Assembly: GCA_963727445.1 (NCBI GenBank)
Contig: CAVSGI010000008.1
Location: 64,001-128,000, forward strand
Length of the DNA: 64,000 nt
DNA from: an uncultured delta proteobacterium
GTDB taxonomy: Bacteria > Myxococcota_A > Polyangia > Polyangiales > B10-G4
Direction of reading: 5' to 3'
Part shown: positions 1-10,442 of the stretch, piece after piece
How the letters are laid out: every line of letters begins with the position of its first letter
Position numbering within the stretch: the first letter of the stretch is position 1
Notes under the pieces: model-generated
Seen by the model: the letters and a program-made list of their open reading frames with translations, nothing else
The model's database searches: none
Told to the model about the DNA's origin: nothing
Position numbers and translations under genes: made by a program

Positions 1-11
1 CCTGACCCCAC

Positions 12-2258
12 GTGGATCTTCGGACCCAGACCTCGCTCATCGCGGCGATCCTCTCCCTCGCCATGTCGGCGAGCGTGCTCATGCGCGCGCGGCGTCGGCG
101 CGTGCACTGGATGTTCGGCGCCTTCGGTCTGTCGGTCGCGCTCTGGTATCTGACCACCTTCGTCGGCGGTGTGGCGCCCGGCGCACTGGCGACGCGCCTG
201 AACCTCATCTGCGCCGTGGCCGTCCCCTTCGCCGGCGCGCAGTTCTTCCGCTCCTTCATCCCCGGCGAAGACCGGATCATGAACGTCCTGAGCCGCGGCG
301 CCCTGGTGGTGGGCGCGGTCATGGTCGTGGTGATCTTCACGCCGCTCTACGACCACATGGTCCTCAAGACGGCGCTCTTCATCGACGTCCTCTTGATGCT
401 TGTCGCGTCCCTGACCTTCGTGTGGATGCGCGGGTCGCGGGCGAGCTCGCGATTCGAGGGCGCGCGCCTGAGGTTCCTCGCGCTCACCGGAGCGTTCGCC
501 GGCTTCTTCACCCTGGCCGAGTACCTGCCCTACGTCGGCCTCGACATCCCGCCGGTCGGCACCGTCCTCATCCTGGTCTTCCTCTACGTCCTGTCGCAGT
601 CGATCCTCCAGTATCGCCTCCTCGACCTCTACGAGCTCGCGGGCCGCCTCTCGGTCATCACCGCGCTCTCCTTCACTCTGGCCCTGCTCTTCTGGATCCT
701 GGTGGAGATCGCGGGCGGGCGCTTCTTCCTCCACTCGGTGGTCGCCGCGCTGGTGGTGCTCCTGCTCTTCGATCCGGTCCGCGCGAAGGTCGAGGATCAG
801 ATCACTCAGTTCTTCTTCCGCGAGCGCTACGACTTCGAGCAGGCCGCCACCAGCATTCGGCACCAGCTGGCCCACGTCCTCGAGCTCGACGACCTCACGC
901 GCGTGCTGGTGGATGGGCTCGAGCGCTCGCGACGCATCACGCACGCCGCGGTCTATCTCGTCGAAGAGGAGATGCGCGGCTACACCCTGGTCGGACACGT
1001 GGGCCCGGCCCCGGTCGCCCGCCTCGAGCTGGCCCCGGCGCGCGCGCTGCTCGACCGGCTCTCCCGCGATGACAGCCTGGTGCTCGAGAACCTCGAGCGC
1101 GAGCTCGAGGAGCGCCGGGAGATTGGCGAGGACCGCGAGGCCGAGACGGTCTTCGAGGTGCTCTCCACCCTCGAGGCGATGAACGCCTCGGTCTGTGTGG
1201 GCATCGTCGGCGAGGGCGGCGACGACCTCTACGGCCTGCTCTGTGTGCGGGACGACCGCCTCCGCGACGCTTTCTCGCCAGAAGAGGTCCAGCTCCTGTC
1301 GGGCCTTGCGGGCCAGGCGGCCGTCGCCGTGGAGAACTCGCGCCTCTACCGGCGGATGAAGGAGCGCGACCGCCTCGCCGCCCTCGGTGAGATGGCGGCC
1401 GGCCTCGCCCACGAGATCCGCAACCCGCTCGGCGCCATCAAGGCGAGCGCCCAGTACCTCCACGACGACGATGACGACGATCAGGTCGCGTCGCCGGAGC
1501 GCGAGTTCCTCGACATCATCGTCGAGGAGGTCGACCGACTGAACTGGGTCGTCGGCTCGTTCCTCGACTACGCGCGCCCCTCCAAAGGCGATCCGGTGCC
1601 CACCGACGTGAGCGCGACCGTCAACCGCACGATGCAGCTCCTCGGCGCGGAGTGTCAGGCGGCGTCGGTCACCTGGAGCGTCGACATGGAAGAGGACGCC
1701 CCGAAGGTGCGCATCGACGTCGAGCAACTTCACCAGGTGCTGATCAACCTGGTGCGCAACGCGGTGCAGGCGATGGAGACCGGGGGCGAGGTCAGCATCC
1801 GCACCCGCACCCGCGCGGCATCCCCCCGGGAAGGTCCGGACCGCTACGTCGAGATCCGCGTCTCCGACACCGGCCCCGGCATTCCGCAGCGCGTGCTGTC
1901 GAATCTCTTCGTCCCCTTCGTCACCACCAAGGATCGCGGCACGGGTCTGGGTCTCGCCATCTCACAGCGGATCGTCACCGCCGCCGGCGGCGAGATCAGC
2001 GTGCGATCGCGCGCAGGACAGGGCACGACCTTCATCGTGAAGCTCCCCGTCGCCGAGGAGCCCGCGCTGGTCACGCCGAGCTCACCGCCGGAGGCGCCCC
2101 CGGACGAGGCGGCGCCGGCGCCGGCGATCGCGGCGCTGCGTCAGAGCGCGTCGAGCAATCCCCCGTCCGCGGAGAGCGGATCGTCGAAGGGGGAGACGTC
2201 GTCGTCCTCGGAGCCCTCCGGGGGCGAGGCGGCGAGCGGCGTCGCCACCAGCCGATAG
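12..2258 (+). CDS. Membrane sensor histidine kinase (multi-TM N-terminus, GAF, HisKA, HATPase_c)
   Basis: Hydrophobic first ~260 aa; GAF-like segment ending AGQAAVAVEN; H-box LAHEIRNPLGAIK; N-box NLVRNAVQAM; G-boxes DTGPGI and GTGLGLAIS. GTG start. Confidence 0.92.
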   Translation: MDLRTQTSLIAAILSLAMSASVLMRARRRRVHWMFGAFGLSVALWYLTTFVGGVAPGALATRLNLICAVAVPFAGAQFFRSFIPGEDRIMNVLSRGALVVGAVMVVVIFTPLYDHMVLKTALFIDVLLMLVASLTFVWMRGSRASSRFEGARLRFLALTGAFAGFFTLAEYLPYVGLDIPPVGTVLILVFLYVLSQSILQYRLLDLYELAGRLSVITALSFTLALLFWILVEIAGGRFFLHSVVAALVVLLLFDPVRAKVEDQITQFFFRERYDFEQAATSIRHQLAHVLELDDLTRVLVDGLERSRRITHAAVYLVEEEMRGYTLVGHVGPAPVARLELAPARALLDRLSRDDSLVLENLERELEERREIGEDREAETVFEVLSTLEAMNASVCVGIVGEGGDDLYGLLCVRDDRLRDAFSPEEVQLLSGLAGQAAVAVENSRLYRRMKERDRLAALGEMAAGLAHEIRNPLGAIKASAQYLHDDDDDDQVASPEREFLDIIVEEVDRLNWVVGSFLDYARPSKGDPVPTDVSATVNRTMQLLGAECQAASVTWSVDMEEDAPKVRIDVEQLHQVLINLVRNAVQAMETGGEVSIRTRTRAASPREGPDRYVEIRVSDTGPGIPQRVLSNLFVPFVTTKDRGTGLGLAISQRIVTAAGGEISVRSRAGQGTTFIVKLPVAEEPALVTPSSPPEAPPDEAAPAPAIAALRQSASSNPPSAESGSSKGETSSSSEPSGGEAASGVATSR

Positions 2259-3220
2259 GGCCGGACGTCGGTGCGCGCGAGCGCTTCCGGCTCGAGCCCG
2301 TTGTCGGTGAAGAGCTCGGTGTAGGCGGCGTAGGCCGCGCCCGGCTCGTCGGGGCGAACACCCGGGAGCTGGTAATGCCACGTGCCTCGGCGCTCGAAGG
2401 CCACGCCGTGCTCCGGGGTGAAGACGCAATCGATGAACGCTTCGGAGCGGGCACCGAGGGTTCCGTCTTCCGACAGACGCACGACCTCCACCGTCATGTG
2501 CGGCAGCGCCTCGTCGAGGGGACCGCCCATCGCCTGCTCCCGCTCCTGCCAGCGCTGGCGCGCGACCACGGCCGCGGTGACGAGGGCGCGGGCGAGGGAG
2601 CTGCCGCGGGCGGAGCGCCAAAGCCGCGCCTGGCCGTGCTCGCGCAGGAGCACCATCACCTCGACGTTGCGAAGGCGGCGCAGCGGCTCGGGAAAGGATG
2701 CGATGCGCGGCGGACGCGCGCCGGCGATGATCTGCCGCGCCACGTGCCCCATGGCCTCCGTCTGCCGGGGATCGAGGGCCTCCACCTCGTCGAGTCGATA
2801 GACCGCAGCAACCGGCGCGAGGTAGGTCGCGCGAAGCCCCGGCACGTGCGCGTAGCGCTCGAGCGCGCCTTCCACGTCATCGGGAGCTGCCTCGTCGGCC
2901 GAGCGGCCGCCCACCAGGATCGCGTCGAAGTCCCCGGCCGTGAGCGCCCCGACCAGGGCGGCGGGATCGTCGCCCGCGAGCGCATCGGCGATCGCCGGAC
3001 CAGCCTCCCCCACCGGCACCACCGTCGCCGCGCGGGGCGCGAGGCGCGCGAGGTCGGCGCCGCCGACGAGCAGGATGCGCTGGTAGCCGGCGAGCTCGTC
3101 GGTGATCCCGCTCGCGCCTGGCACGGTGCCCATGCCCACGTAGATCGCGACGGCGGCGCCACCGCCCAAGAGGAGCAGGAACAACGCGATCCAGAGAAGC
3201 GGAGAGCGGGCCCGGGCCAC
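2141..3220 (-). CDS. Membrane-anchored hypothetical protein with possible degenerate AMMECR1-like C-terminal domain
   Basis: N-terminal TM helix; the C-terminal pattern (LPHMTVEVVRL...HGVAFERRGTWHYQLPGV...LFTDNGL) resembles AMMECR1 spacing by eye. Confidence 0.55.
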   Translation of the reverse strand: MARARSPLLWIALFLLLLGGGAAVAIYVGMGTVPGASGITDELAGYQRILLVGGADLARLAPRAATVVPVGEAGPAIADALAGDDPAALVGALTAGDFDAILVGGRSADEAAPDDVEGALERYAHVPGLRATYLAPVAAVYRLDEVEALDPRQTEAMGHVARQIIAGARPPRIASFPEPLRRLRNVEVMVLLREHGQARLWRSARGSSLARALVTAAVVARQRWQEREQAMGGPLDEALPHMTVEVVRLSEDGTLGARSEAFIDCVFTPEHGVAFERRGTWHYQLPGVRPDEPGAAYAAYTELFTDNGLEPEALARTDVRPYRLVATPLAASPPEGSEDDDVSPFDDPLSADGGLLDAL

Positions 3221-3383
3221 GTGCCGCGGTGTAGCACGCCTGGGACGAGGCCCGGGACCCGTGAAGCGGCAGGGCCTTTGGAGCGCCGAGAGGCGGCGCG
3301 GCGGGGACCGGAGCGTCGCGGGCCCGAGGCGGCAGTGCGTCTCCCTTTCCCTATCGCGACAGCTCTGCTACGGGATGGGGCCG

Positions 3384-4694
3384 ATGGAGATCGCCCTGAT
3401 CACTGTCTACTCGCATCGCGAGTGCACCCTCAAGGACGTGGCGGGCGGCTATGGGACCGTCTTCTCCATCGGGGGCTCGCTGCCGGCGCGGCTCCTCTCC
3501 CGGGCCAAGGAGCGCCTGGCCGCCCTGCCCTCGCCCGTCCTGGGCTACGTCGCGCGGGCCGCGCGCGAGGCGGGGCACGACGTCCGGGTGCACGACGTCC
3601 GCCGCGGCGCCGCGGGCCACGATCCCCTGCCCACCGCCGACGTCGCCCTCGTCCTTTCGTCCATCGTCGACGCCACCGCCGAGCGCGAGGTGCTCCGTGA
3701 GCTGAGGAACGCGGGCGTCTTCACCGTGGTCTTCGGCGCCCACGCCTCGATGCGTCCCCACTTCTACGCCGGCGTCGCGGACGTAGTGGTGAGAGGCGAG
3801 CCCGAAGCCCTGGGCGCACGTCTCTTCGAACGAACTCCCCGCGGGATTGTCGACGCGGGCTTCGTCGAGGACCTCGACGCGCTGGCCTTTCCCGACTGGG
3901 ATCCCTTCCCGGTCCCCACCTATCGCTATGCCCTTCTGAGCGCGCGCGGGGCGACGCTCCCCGTGAGCGGCGTCCGCGGCTGCGCTTTCGGCTGCGGCTA
4001 CTGCCCGTTCCGCGCCACCTCGCGCTTTCGACAGAGACGGCCAGAGCGGGTGATCGAAGAAGTCCGCCGCCTTCGCGAGCGCCACGGCGTCCGGGGCATC
4101 GCCTTTCGCGACCCCCTCTTCAACCTCGACCGCGACCGCGTCCTGGCGCTCGCCGAGGGTCTCGCGCCGCTCGACGTGCGCTTCAGCGGCGAGATGCGCG
4201 CCGACCGTCTCGACACCGAGCTCCTCACGCGCCTGCGTGACGCGGGCCTCAGGAGCCTGGAGATTGGCGTCGAGAGCGTGAACACGGACATGCTCGCCCG
4301 GCACAAGCGGCAGCCGCCCGGCGCGGCGCAGATCGAGCGCACCATCGAGACCGCGCACCGGCTCGGCATCCGCGTGATCGCCAACTTCATGCTGGGTCTG
4401 CCGGAGGACGACGAGCGCTCGATCCGGTCGACGGTGGCGTGGGCCAAGCGGCTCAACACGTTCGCCGTGCAGTTCACGGTGGCCACCCCCTACCCGGGCA
4501 CCACCCTCGACGGCCCGGAGCTGTCCGCCCTCGCGCCCGAATCCCTCACCGGCTTCACCCCGGTGCTCCCGCACCCGACGCTGAGCCCCGAGCGCATCGA
4601 CCGTCTGAGGGAGTGGGCCTACGTGAGCTACCACCTCAGGCCCCGCTACGTCGCAGGGTTCGTCCGGCAGGCCGCCCGCGCCATGGTGGATTGA
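3384..4694 (+). CDS. Cobalamin-binding radical SAM protein
   Basis: CxxxCxxC motif RGCAFGCGYCPF; B12-domain-like FGAHAS...VVRGEPE; IGVES; TPYPGT. Start taken at ATG 3384 (3375 is an alternative). Confidence 0.88.
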   Translation: MEIALITVYSHRECTLKDVAGGYGTVFSIGGSLPARLLSRAKERLAALPSPVLGYVARAAREAGHDVRVHDVRRGAAGHDPLPTADVALVLSSIVDATAEREVLRELRNAGVFTVVFGAHASMRPHFYAGVADVVVRGEPEALGARLFERTPRGIVDAGFVEDLDALAFPDWDPFPVPTYRYALLSARGATLPVSGVRGCAFGCGYCPFRATSRFRQRRPERVIEEVRRLRERHGVRGIAFRDPLFNLDRDRVLALAEGLAPLDVRFSGEMRADRLDTELLTRLRDAGLRSLEIGVESVNTDMLARHKRQPPGAAQIERTIETAHRLGIRVIANFMLGLPEDDERSIRSTVAWAKRLNTFAVQFTVATPYPGTTLDGPELSALAPESLTGFTPVLPHPTLSPERIDRLREWAYVSYHLRPRYVAGFVRQAARAMVD

Positions 4695-4848
4695 GGATGT
4701 GCAGACCGGGGTCCGCGCTCCCCGGAACCACCTGCGCCTCCGCGGCCCCTCCAGTCGGCTTCGCCGACATCCGGGGCAGCTTACAGCTCCGGGTGGTCCC
4801 GCTTCCAAAGACTGCTAGTCTCGCGCCGCCCAACGAAGGAGGCCCCAG

Positions 4849-5962
4849 GTGATCATCGGCGTTCCGAAGGAGATCAAGACCCGCGAGTATCGCGTCGGCA
4901 TCAACCCCGGCGGCGTGCTCGCGCTCACCGCGGCAGGACACGAAGTCCACGTGCAAAAGGGTGCGGGTATCGGCTCGGGCATCAGCGACGAGCAGCTGAA
5001 GGACGCGGGGGCCAAGATCGTCCCCGGCGCCGCCGACGCCTGGGCCGCCGACCTGGTGATGAAGGTCAAGGAGCCGATCGCCGAGGAGTACCAGTACTTT
5101 CGCGAAGGCCAGATCCTCTACACCTACCTGCACCTCGCGCCGCTTCCCGAGCTCACCAAGGAGCTGATGCAGAAGAAGGTCCGCGCCATCGCCTACGAGA
5201 CGATCCAGCTCCCGAACGGATCGCTGCCGCTGCTCACACCGATGAGCGAGGTCGCCGGCCGGCTCTCGGTGCAGGTCGGCGCGCAGTGCCTCGAGAAGCA
5301 CGAGGGCGGCAAGGGCCTGCTCCTCGGCGGCGTGCCCGGCACGCGACGCGGGCGCATCGCGATCCTCGGCGGCGGCATCGTCGGCAGCAACGCCGCGCAG
5401 ATCGCCGTCGGCATGGGCGCGCACGTGATCGTGCTCGACATCGACCACGACCGCATGGCGCACCTCGAGGACGTCTTCCAGGGCGAGATCGAGACGCTCT
5501 ACTCGAACCCGGCGACCATCGCCGAGGTCTGCGCCTGGGCCGACATGGTCGTGGGCGCGGTGCTCGTCGCGGGCGCGCGCACGCCGACGCTGGTCACGCG
5601 CGAGCACCTGAAGGGCATGAGCGACGGATTCGGTCGTGGTCGACGTGGCCGTCGATCAGGGGGGCTGCATCGAGACCTGCCGTCCCACGACCCACGACGA
5701 TCCCACCTACGTCGAAGAGGGCGTGGTGCACTACTGCGTCGCCAACATGCCCGGCGCGGTGCCCCACACCAGCACCTTCGCGCTGACCAACGTCACCCTG
5801 AAGTACGCGGCGGCGATCGCCAACCACGGCGTCGTCGAGGCCGTGAAGGCCGATTCGGCCCTGGCCCTGGGCGTCAACACCTGGGACGGCGCCTGCACTT
5901 ACGAGGCCGTGGCTACCGGCGTGGGCATCGACTACGTGCCCCTCGAGACGGCGCTCGGCTGA
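4849..5962 (+). CDS. ald: Alanine dehydrogenase (frameshift near 5630)
   Basis: [24 protein letters not shown] and GGGIVG in the first frame; [13 protein letters not shown] and [11 protein letters not shown] in ORF 5636..5962; GAAGGAGG RBS upstream. Confidence 0.93.
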
Positions 5963-5990
5963 GCGCTCGCTGCACTGTATCCTCGCCCTC

Positions 5991-6863
5991 GTGGCGCAGG
6001 TCGGTGACGTCCTCGACGGTCGGTATCAGCTGACCCAGGTCCTCGGCGAGGGGGGCATGGGGACGGTGTTCGCCGCCGTCGATCGACAGAGCAGCGCCCC
6101 CCTCGCCATCAAGACGCTGCGCCGTGACCTGGCGAGGGACCCCTCGCTCCGTACGCGCTTCGAGCGCGAGGCGCGCGCGCTCTTCGCCCTCAGCCATCCG
6201 CACGTGGTGAAGGTCTTCGACTTCGGCATCGCCGACGGAGTCGCCTACATCGCCACCGAGCTCTTGATGGGGCGCACCCTCGAGGACGCGGTCGACGCGC
6301 AGCCCCTCGAGCCGGCGCTCGCGATCCTCTGGGCGCGGCAGCTCTTGTCGGCGCTCGCCTTCGCGCACGCCCAGGGCGTCGCGCATCGCGACCTCAAGTC
6401 GTCCAACGTCTTCCTCGTGAAGGGTCCCGGCGGTCTCGAGCAGGCGAAGCTCCTCGACTTCGGCCTGGTGCGCTTCATGGACAGCGAGCAGTGGGGCGCC
6501 ACCGCGACGCTCACCGCCGACGGGGAGATCATGGGCAGCCCCGGCTACATCTCCCCCGAGCAGGCCTGCGGCGCGCGCGCGGACGCGACCAGCGACGTGT
6601 ACTCCGTGGGGTGTCTCCTCTTCGAGCTGCTCACCGGCGAGTGGCCCTACCTCGAGGACACCCGCACCAAGATGTTCCGCGCGCACCTGCTGAAGCCCCC
6701 GCCGAACCTCATGGCCCGCCGCCCCGGGCTGAAGGTGCAGCCGGCGCTCCAGGCCGTCCTCGACAAGGCGATGGCCAAGCAGAAGAAGGAGCGCTTCGAC
6801 GACGCGGTGGCGCTCCTCAGCGCCTTCGACGCCGTGCCGCAGCCGGCCGCGTGGACGGGCTGA
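5991..6863 (+). CDS. Ser/Thr protein kinase (kinase domain only)
   Basis: LGEGGMGTV, AIK, HRDLKSSN, DFG, GSPGYISPEQ, DVYSVG. Confidence 0.92.
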   Translation: MAQVGDVLDGRYQLTQVLGEGGMGTVFAAVDRQSSAPLAIKTLRRDLARDPSLRTRFEREARALFALSHPHVVKVFDFGIADGVAYIATELLMGRTLEDAVDAQPLEPALAILWARQLLSALAFAHAQGVAHRDLKSSNVFLVKGPGGLEQAKLLDFGLVRFMDSEQWGATATLTADGEIMGSPGYISPEQACGARADATSDVYSVGCLLFELLTGEWPYLEDTRTKMFRAHLLKPPPNLMARRPGLKVQPALQAVLDKAMAKQKKERFDDAVALLSAFDAVPQPAAWTG

Positions 6864-6875
6864 GCCCCGCGCGCT

Positions 6876-8085
6876 TCAGTTGAACTGCAGGCCGGCGTTG
6901 AAGGACACCGTCCACTGGCGGCCGATGCCCCGGCTCGCGACGTTTCCGTCCGACTGGATCAAGTCGTGGGGGGCGTCGTTCGACAGGCTCTGCGGGTCGA
7001 CCACGTCGAAGGCGAAGGAGCCGGTGAGCATGACGACCTGGTAGTGCAGCTGCAGGCCGAAGTTCAGGCGCTGGCGCATCATGCGGAGCTTCACGAAGGT
7101 CGCGTTGTTCTCGTAGTCGTAGCCCGAATGGTCGGGCGAGCAGGTGGTGGTTGGCCGGGACGGGTCCGGCATGCACTCGTGGAAGGCGTCGATGCCCGGC
7201 GTGAGGTCGACCAGCTCGGAGTCGGCGAAGATGAAGGCGAACTGATAGGCCGCGAAGGGCGTGAGCGTCGCGGTATGGCCGAGGACGAGGGGCTTCGACA
7301 CGATGACGTCCACGGTCGGGATCGTCATGTTGAACTCGGGATCACCGACCATGGTGTTGACGGCGCCGCGCACCGCGATGTCGGGGATGAAGCCCGGAAG
7401 GCCGGTGCGGAAGCCCTCGAAGAGGGACCACTGAATCTCGAGGCCCCAGGCAAAGAGGTTGGTGCCCATCAGATAGGAGAAGCCCGTCCCGAGCTGGAAG
7501 CCGAAGGGGAAGGCCTTGCGCGCCATCAGGCGCGACCAGAAGAGGGTGCTCGGCGCGAAGCGGTTGCAGCCGCCGCCCGAGGGGCCGGTGACGCCCGCTG
7601 GCATGTCGTTGGTCGAGATCGTGCGGCCCGGGTTGCTCTGATTCGACGCAGCTGTCGGTGCCGGCGGCCGTGTCGCCCTCCGTGCCCAGACGCCAATAGT
7701 TGCTGTTGCCGCTGATGCCGGTGACCCACCCCTCGACCGCGAGCTCGAAGCCGCCGTAGCCCACGGTGCGGGCGGGGTTGAGGACGACGGGGATCATCGA
7801 GCCACCGAGCTCGCCCATCAGCCGCGCCCAGCAGCCGGTGTGGGGGCGGTAGTCCGCGCGCCCCATGGCGTCCATCCCGATGGTGGGGCGGCAGGGGGCG
7901 TCGACCGCCCGCATCGCCGAGCCGTCACGGCGGGCGTAGGCGAGGTTGAAATCCGGGTCGTCGCGTGCGGTACGGAATCGCGCCAGGGCGATGTCGCCAT
8001 CGTTGGCCCTCGCCGTGCTGGGGCCCGCGGCGGCGAGAAGCGCGAAGGCGGCGGGGACGAGAGCGATGGAGATCAGACGTCGCAC
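6876..8085 (-). CDS. Secreted, probably outer-membrane beta-barrel hypothetical protein (frameshift near 7640)
   Basis: Signal peptide in ORF 7342..8085; the reading continues in ORF 6876..7604 with amphipathic strands and C-terminal SFNAGLQFN. Confidence 0.6.
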
Positions 8086-8159
8086 GGGTTTGAAGTCCAG
8101 TGCCGCGAAGCTATCCTCAGGGCCCGCGAGACGTCAAGAACCACTCGAAATCCTTACCG

Positions 8160-8671
8160 ATGCCCGACGGCCCCAAGCTCCGCGCCAAGCCCTTGATGCC
8201 CCCTTTTCGGGTCGTGCTGGTGGAGCCGGAGATCCCCCCCAACACCGGAGCCGTGGCGCGCACCTGCGCCGCCACTCAGAGCCCGCTGCACCTGGTGGGC
8301 CCCCTCGGCTTTCGCATCGACGCCCACGCGGTGCGCCGGGCCGGCCTCGATTACTGGCCGCTGGTCGACCTGCACCGACACGACGACCTCGTGGATTTCG
8401 AGGTCGCTCACCCACAGGCTCGGCTCCACCTCTTCACCGGTCGGGCCGAGCGCAGCTTCTACGAGGCCGACCTCCGTCCCGGCGACGCCCTCGTCTTCGG
8501 CAAGGAGTCGGTGGGTCTCGGCGACGCACTGCTCGAGGCACACGCCGAGCGCACCTGGGCCATCCCCACCAGCGGCGCGTTCGAAGCCTCAACCTCTCCA
8601 ACGCCGTGGCCCTGGTCCTGTACGAGGCACTTCGGCGAAACGGCGCCTGGGACCACACCTTCATGGGCTGA
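8160..8671 (+). CDS. trmL: tRNA (cytidine/uridine-34 2'-O)-methyltransferase, SPOUT family (frameshift near 8580)
   Basis: VVLVEPEIPPNTG, RRAGLDYW and LVFGKESVGL, then RSLNLSNAVALVLYEALR in the adjacent frame ending at 8671. Start is 8160 or 8196. Confidence 0.9.
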
Positions 8672-8750
8672 AAGTCTCGCGATCTCACGCCGCGTCACAG
8701 GCGTGGGCTGGACCCACGCGGAGCGCCGTCATACCGTGGATTTCTCCCCC

Positions 8751-10406
8751 ATGCTTCGCCCGGCGCTTCTTCTGTCTCTTTCGGCGCTCGGCGTCGCCGC
8801 CTGTGGCGACGACGGCGGCATGGACGCCACACCGCCGGACGCGGCCATGGACACGGCGGTGATGGACGCGGCCATGGACACCGCGATGGAGGCCGACGCC
8901 GGTCCACCCGACATCTGCGACGAGCTCTCCCTGCCCCGCCGCCCCTTCGCGGACCGCGCCTCGGGCAGCGACTACGGCACCGTCGCGGGCGACTTTTCGG
9001 TCGAGACCCGCGCCGGGACCTGGCGCCTGAGCGAGGCGTGGAGCGGCTGCGAGAGCTACGTCTTCCTCAACTACTTCGCCTCCGACCCCGGCGATCAGAT
9101 GTGGGCTTCCTATCCGGACCCGCTCTTCGAGAATTCGAAGCGCAACGTCCAGTACTTCTTCACGACCTACGAGAGCGCCGCGGCCGACGTCGCCGCACGC
9201 ATGGACGCGATGGAGGCCAACGTCGAGGACGCGCTCACGCGTCTGTCCGCCGAGGACGCCGACTTCTGGCGCGCGCGCGTCCACTACGTGACCACGCCGA
9301 TCAACGAGATCGACGGCAGCCTCGGCGCGCTCGTCCGCGGCAAGACCAGCGTCGAGTTCGCCATCGGGATCGACCGCGCGCAGCGCTTCGATCCGGTGGG
9401 CTCCCTCGCGCAGGTTTCCGGCGGCGCCTTCTACTGGCGACTCGGGATGGCGGCCTGGGCCAGCCACTTCTACGACTATCGCTTCGAGCTCGACGAGCGC
9501 CTCTCGGGCGAGAGCGACGCCACCGTCGTCGCGCTGGTGAGCGAGACCGATCTCTCGGAGCGCGTCCTGGTCCGCACCGTCACTCTGCCCGACGCCGCCG
9601 CCATGGCCGCCTTCGATCACTTCGAGATCGACGTCCAGATCGAGTGCCATCAGGGGCCGGCCGACTGCTCGGAGTGGGATCGCATCGCGGCCATCTTCCT
9701 GTGCAGCGACGACACGTGCACCGAGGACCAGGAGCTGGTCCGCTGGATCACGCCCTACGCGCGGCCGGGGCGGCGGCGCTGGGTGATCGACGCGACGCCC
9801 ATGCTCGGCCTGCTCGGCGACGCAGGCGAGCGCACCTTCCGCATCGTCATGGGGCCCGAGTGGGAAGACGCGACGCTGCGCGACGCGGACATGAACCTGC
9901 GCTTTTCGAGCCGCGGCGAGACCGACCGCGCCTTCGCGGCGGAGCTCGCCTACGTCGGCGGGGCCTTCGACGACACCTACGACGCGGCGCACCCACCGTT
10001 CCTCTTCACGCCGCCGGCGGGCACGACCCGGGTCGAGCTCGTCACCTTGATCAGCGGACACGGGCAGACCGACGGCGACAACTGCGCCGAGTGGTGCAAC
10101 CACGAGCACGTCTTCACCATCGGTGGCGGCACGCCGCGGCGCATCGACTTCCCGGGGATGGCGGGGACGCCCCAGGGATGCGCGGAGCTCTCGGGAAGCG
10201 GCGTCGTCCCCGGTCAGTACGGCAACTGGGCGCCGCGACGCGCCGGCTGGTGCCCGGGCCTCCCCGTCGACGCCGTGCGGATGGACGTCACCGACGACGT
10301 GACGCTGGGCGCGGAGAACGAGCTGACTTACGAGGCGTCCTTCGCGGGCGGCGCCCCGCGGGGCGGCAACATCGACCTGTCCACCTACGTCGTCTACTAC
10401 CGCTGA
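8751..10406 (+). CDS. Peptide-N-glycosidase F-like lipoprotein
   Basis: Lipobox VAAC after a hydrophobic stretch; PNGase F motifs CSEWDR, ELVRWITPY, SGHG...CAEWC and RAGWCPG. Confidence 0.8.
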   Translation: MLRPALLLSLSALGVAACGDDGGMDATPPDAAMDTAVMDAAMDTAMEADAGPPDICDELSLPRRPFADRASGSDYGTVAGDFSVETRAGTWRLSEAWSGCESYVFLNYFASDPGDQMWASYPDPLFENSKRNVQYFFTTYESAAADVAARMDAMEANVEDALTRLSAEDADFWRARVHYVTTPINEIDGSLGALVRGKTSVEFAIGIDRAQRFDPVGSLAQVSGGAFYWRLGMAAWASHFYDYRFELDERLSGESDATVVALVSETDLSERVLVRTVTLPDAAAMAAFDHFEIDVQIECHQGPADCSEWDRIAAIFLCSDDTCTEDQELVRWITPYARPGRRRWVIDATPMLGLLGDAGERTFRIVMGPEWEDATLRDADMNLRFSSRGETDRAFAAELAYVGGAFDDTYDAAHPPFLFTPPAGTTRVELVTLISGHGQTDGDNCAEWCNHEHVFTIGGGTPRRIDFPGMAGTPQGCAELSGSGVVPGQYGNWAPRRAGWCPGLPVDAVRMDVTDDVTLGAENELTYEASFAGGAPRGGNIDLSTYVVYYR

Positions 10407-10442
10407 GGCGCGCGCACGTCGCACGGGCGCCGACCGAGGAGG

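Noticed and set aside
4849..5962. Programmed frameshift or pseudogene in ald (likewise trmL, lipB)
   Set aside because: No slippery sequence seen; similar isolated indels occur throughout the window, so sequencing error is more likely.
8100..10406. TrmL-PNGase F fusion (768-aa ORF)
   Set aside because: Created by an indel near 8580; the TrmL C-terminus is in another frame and the PNGase has its own lipoprotein signal at 8751.
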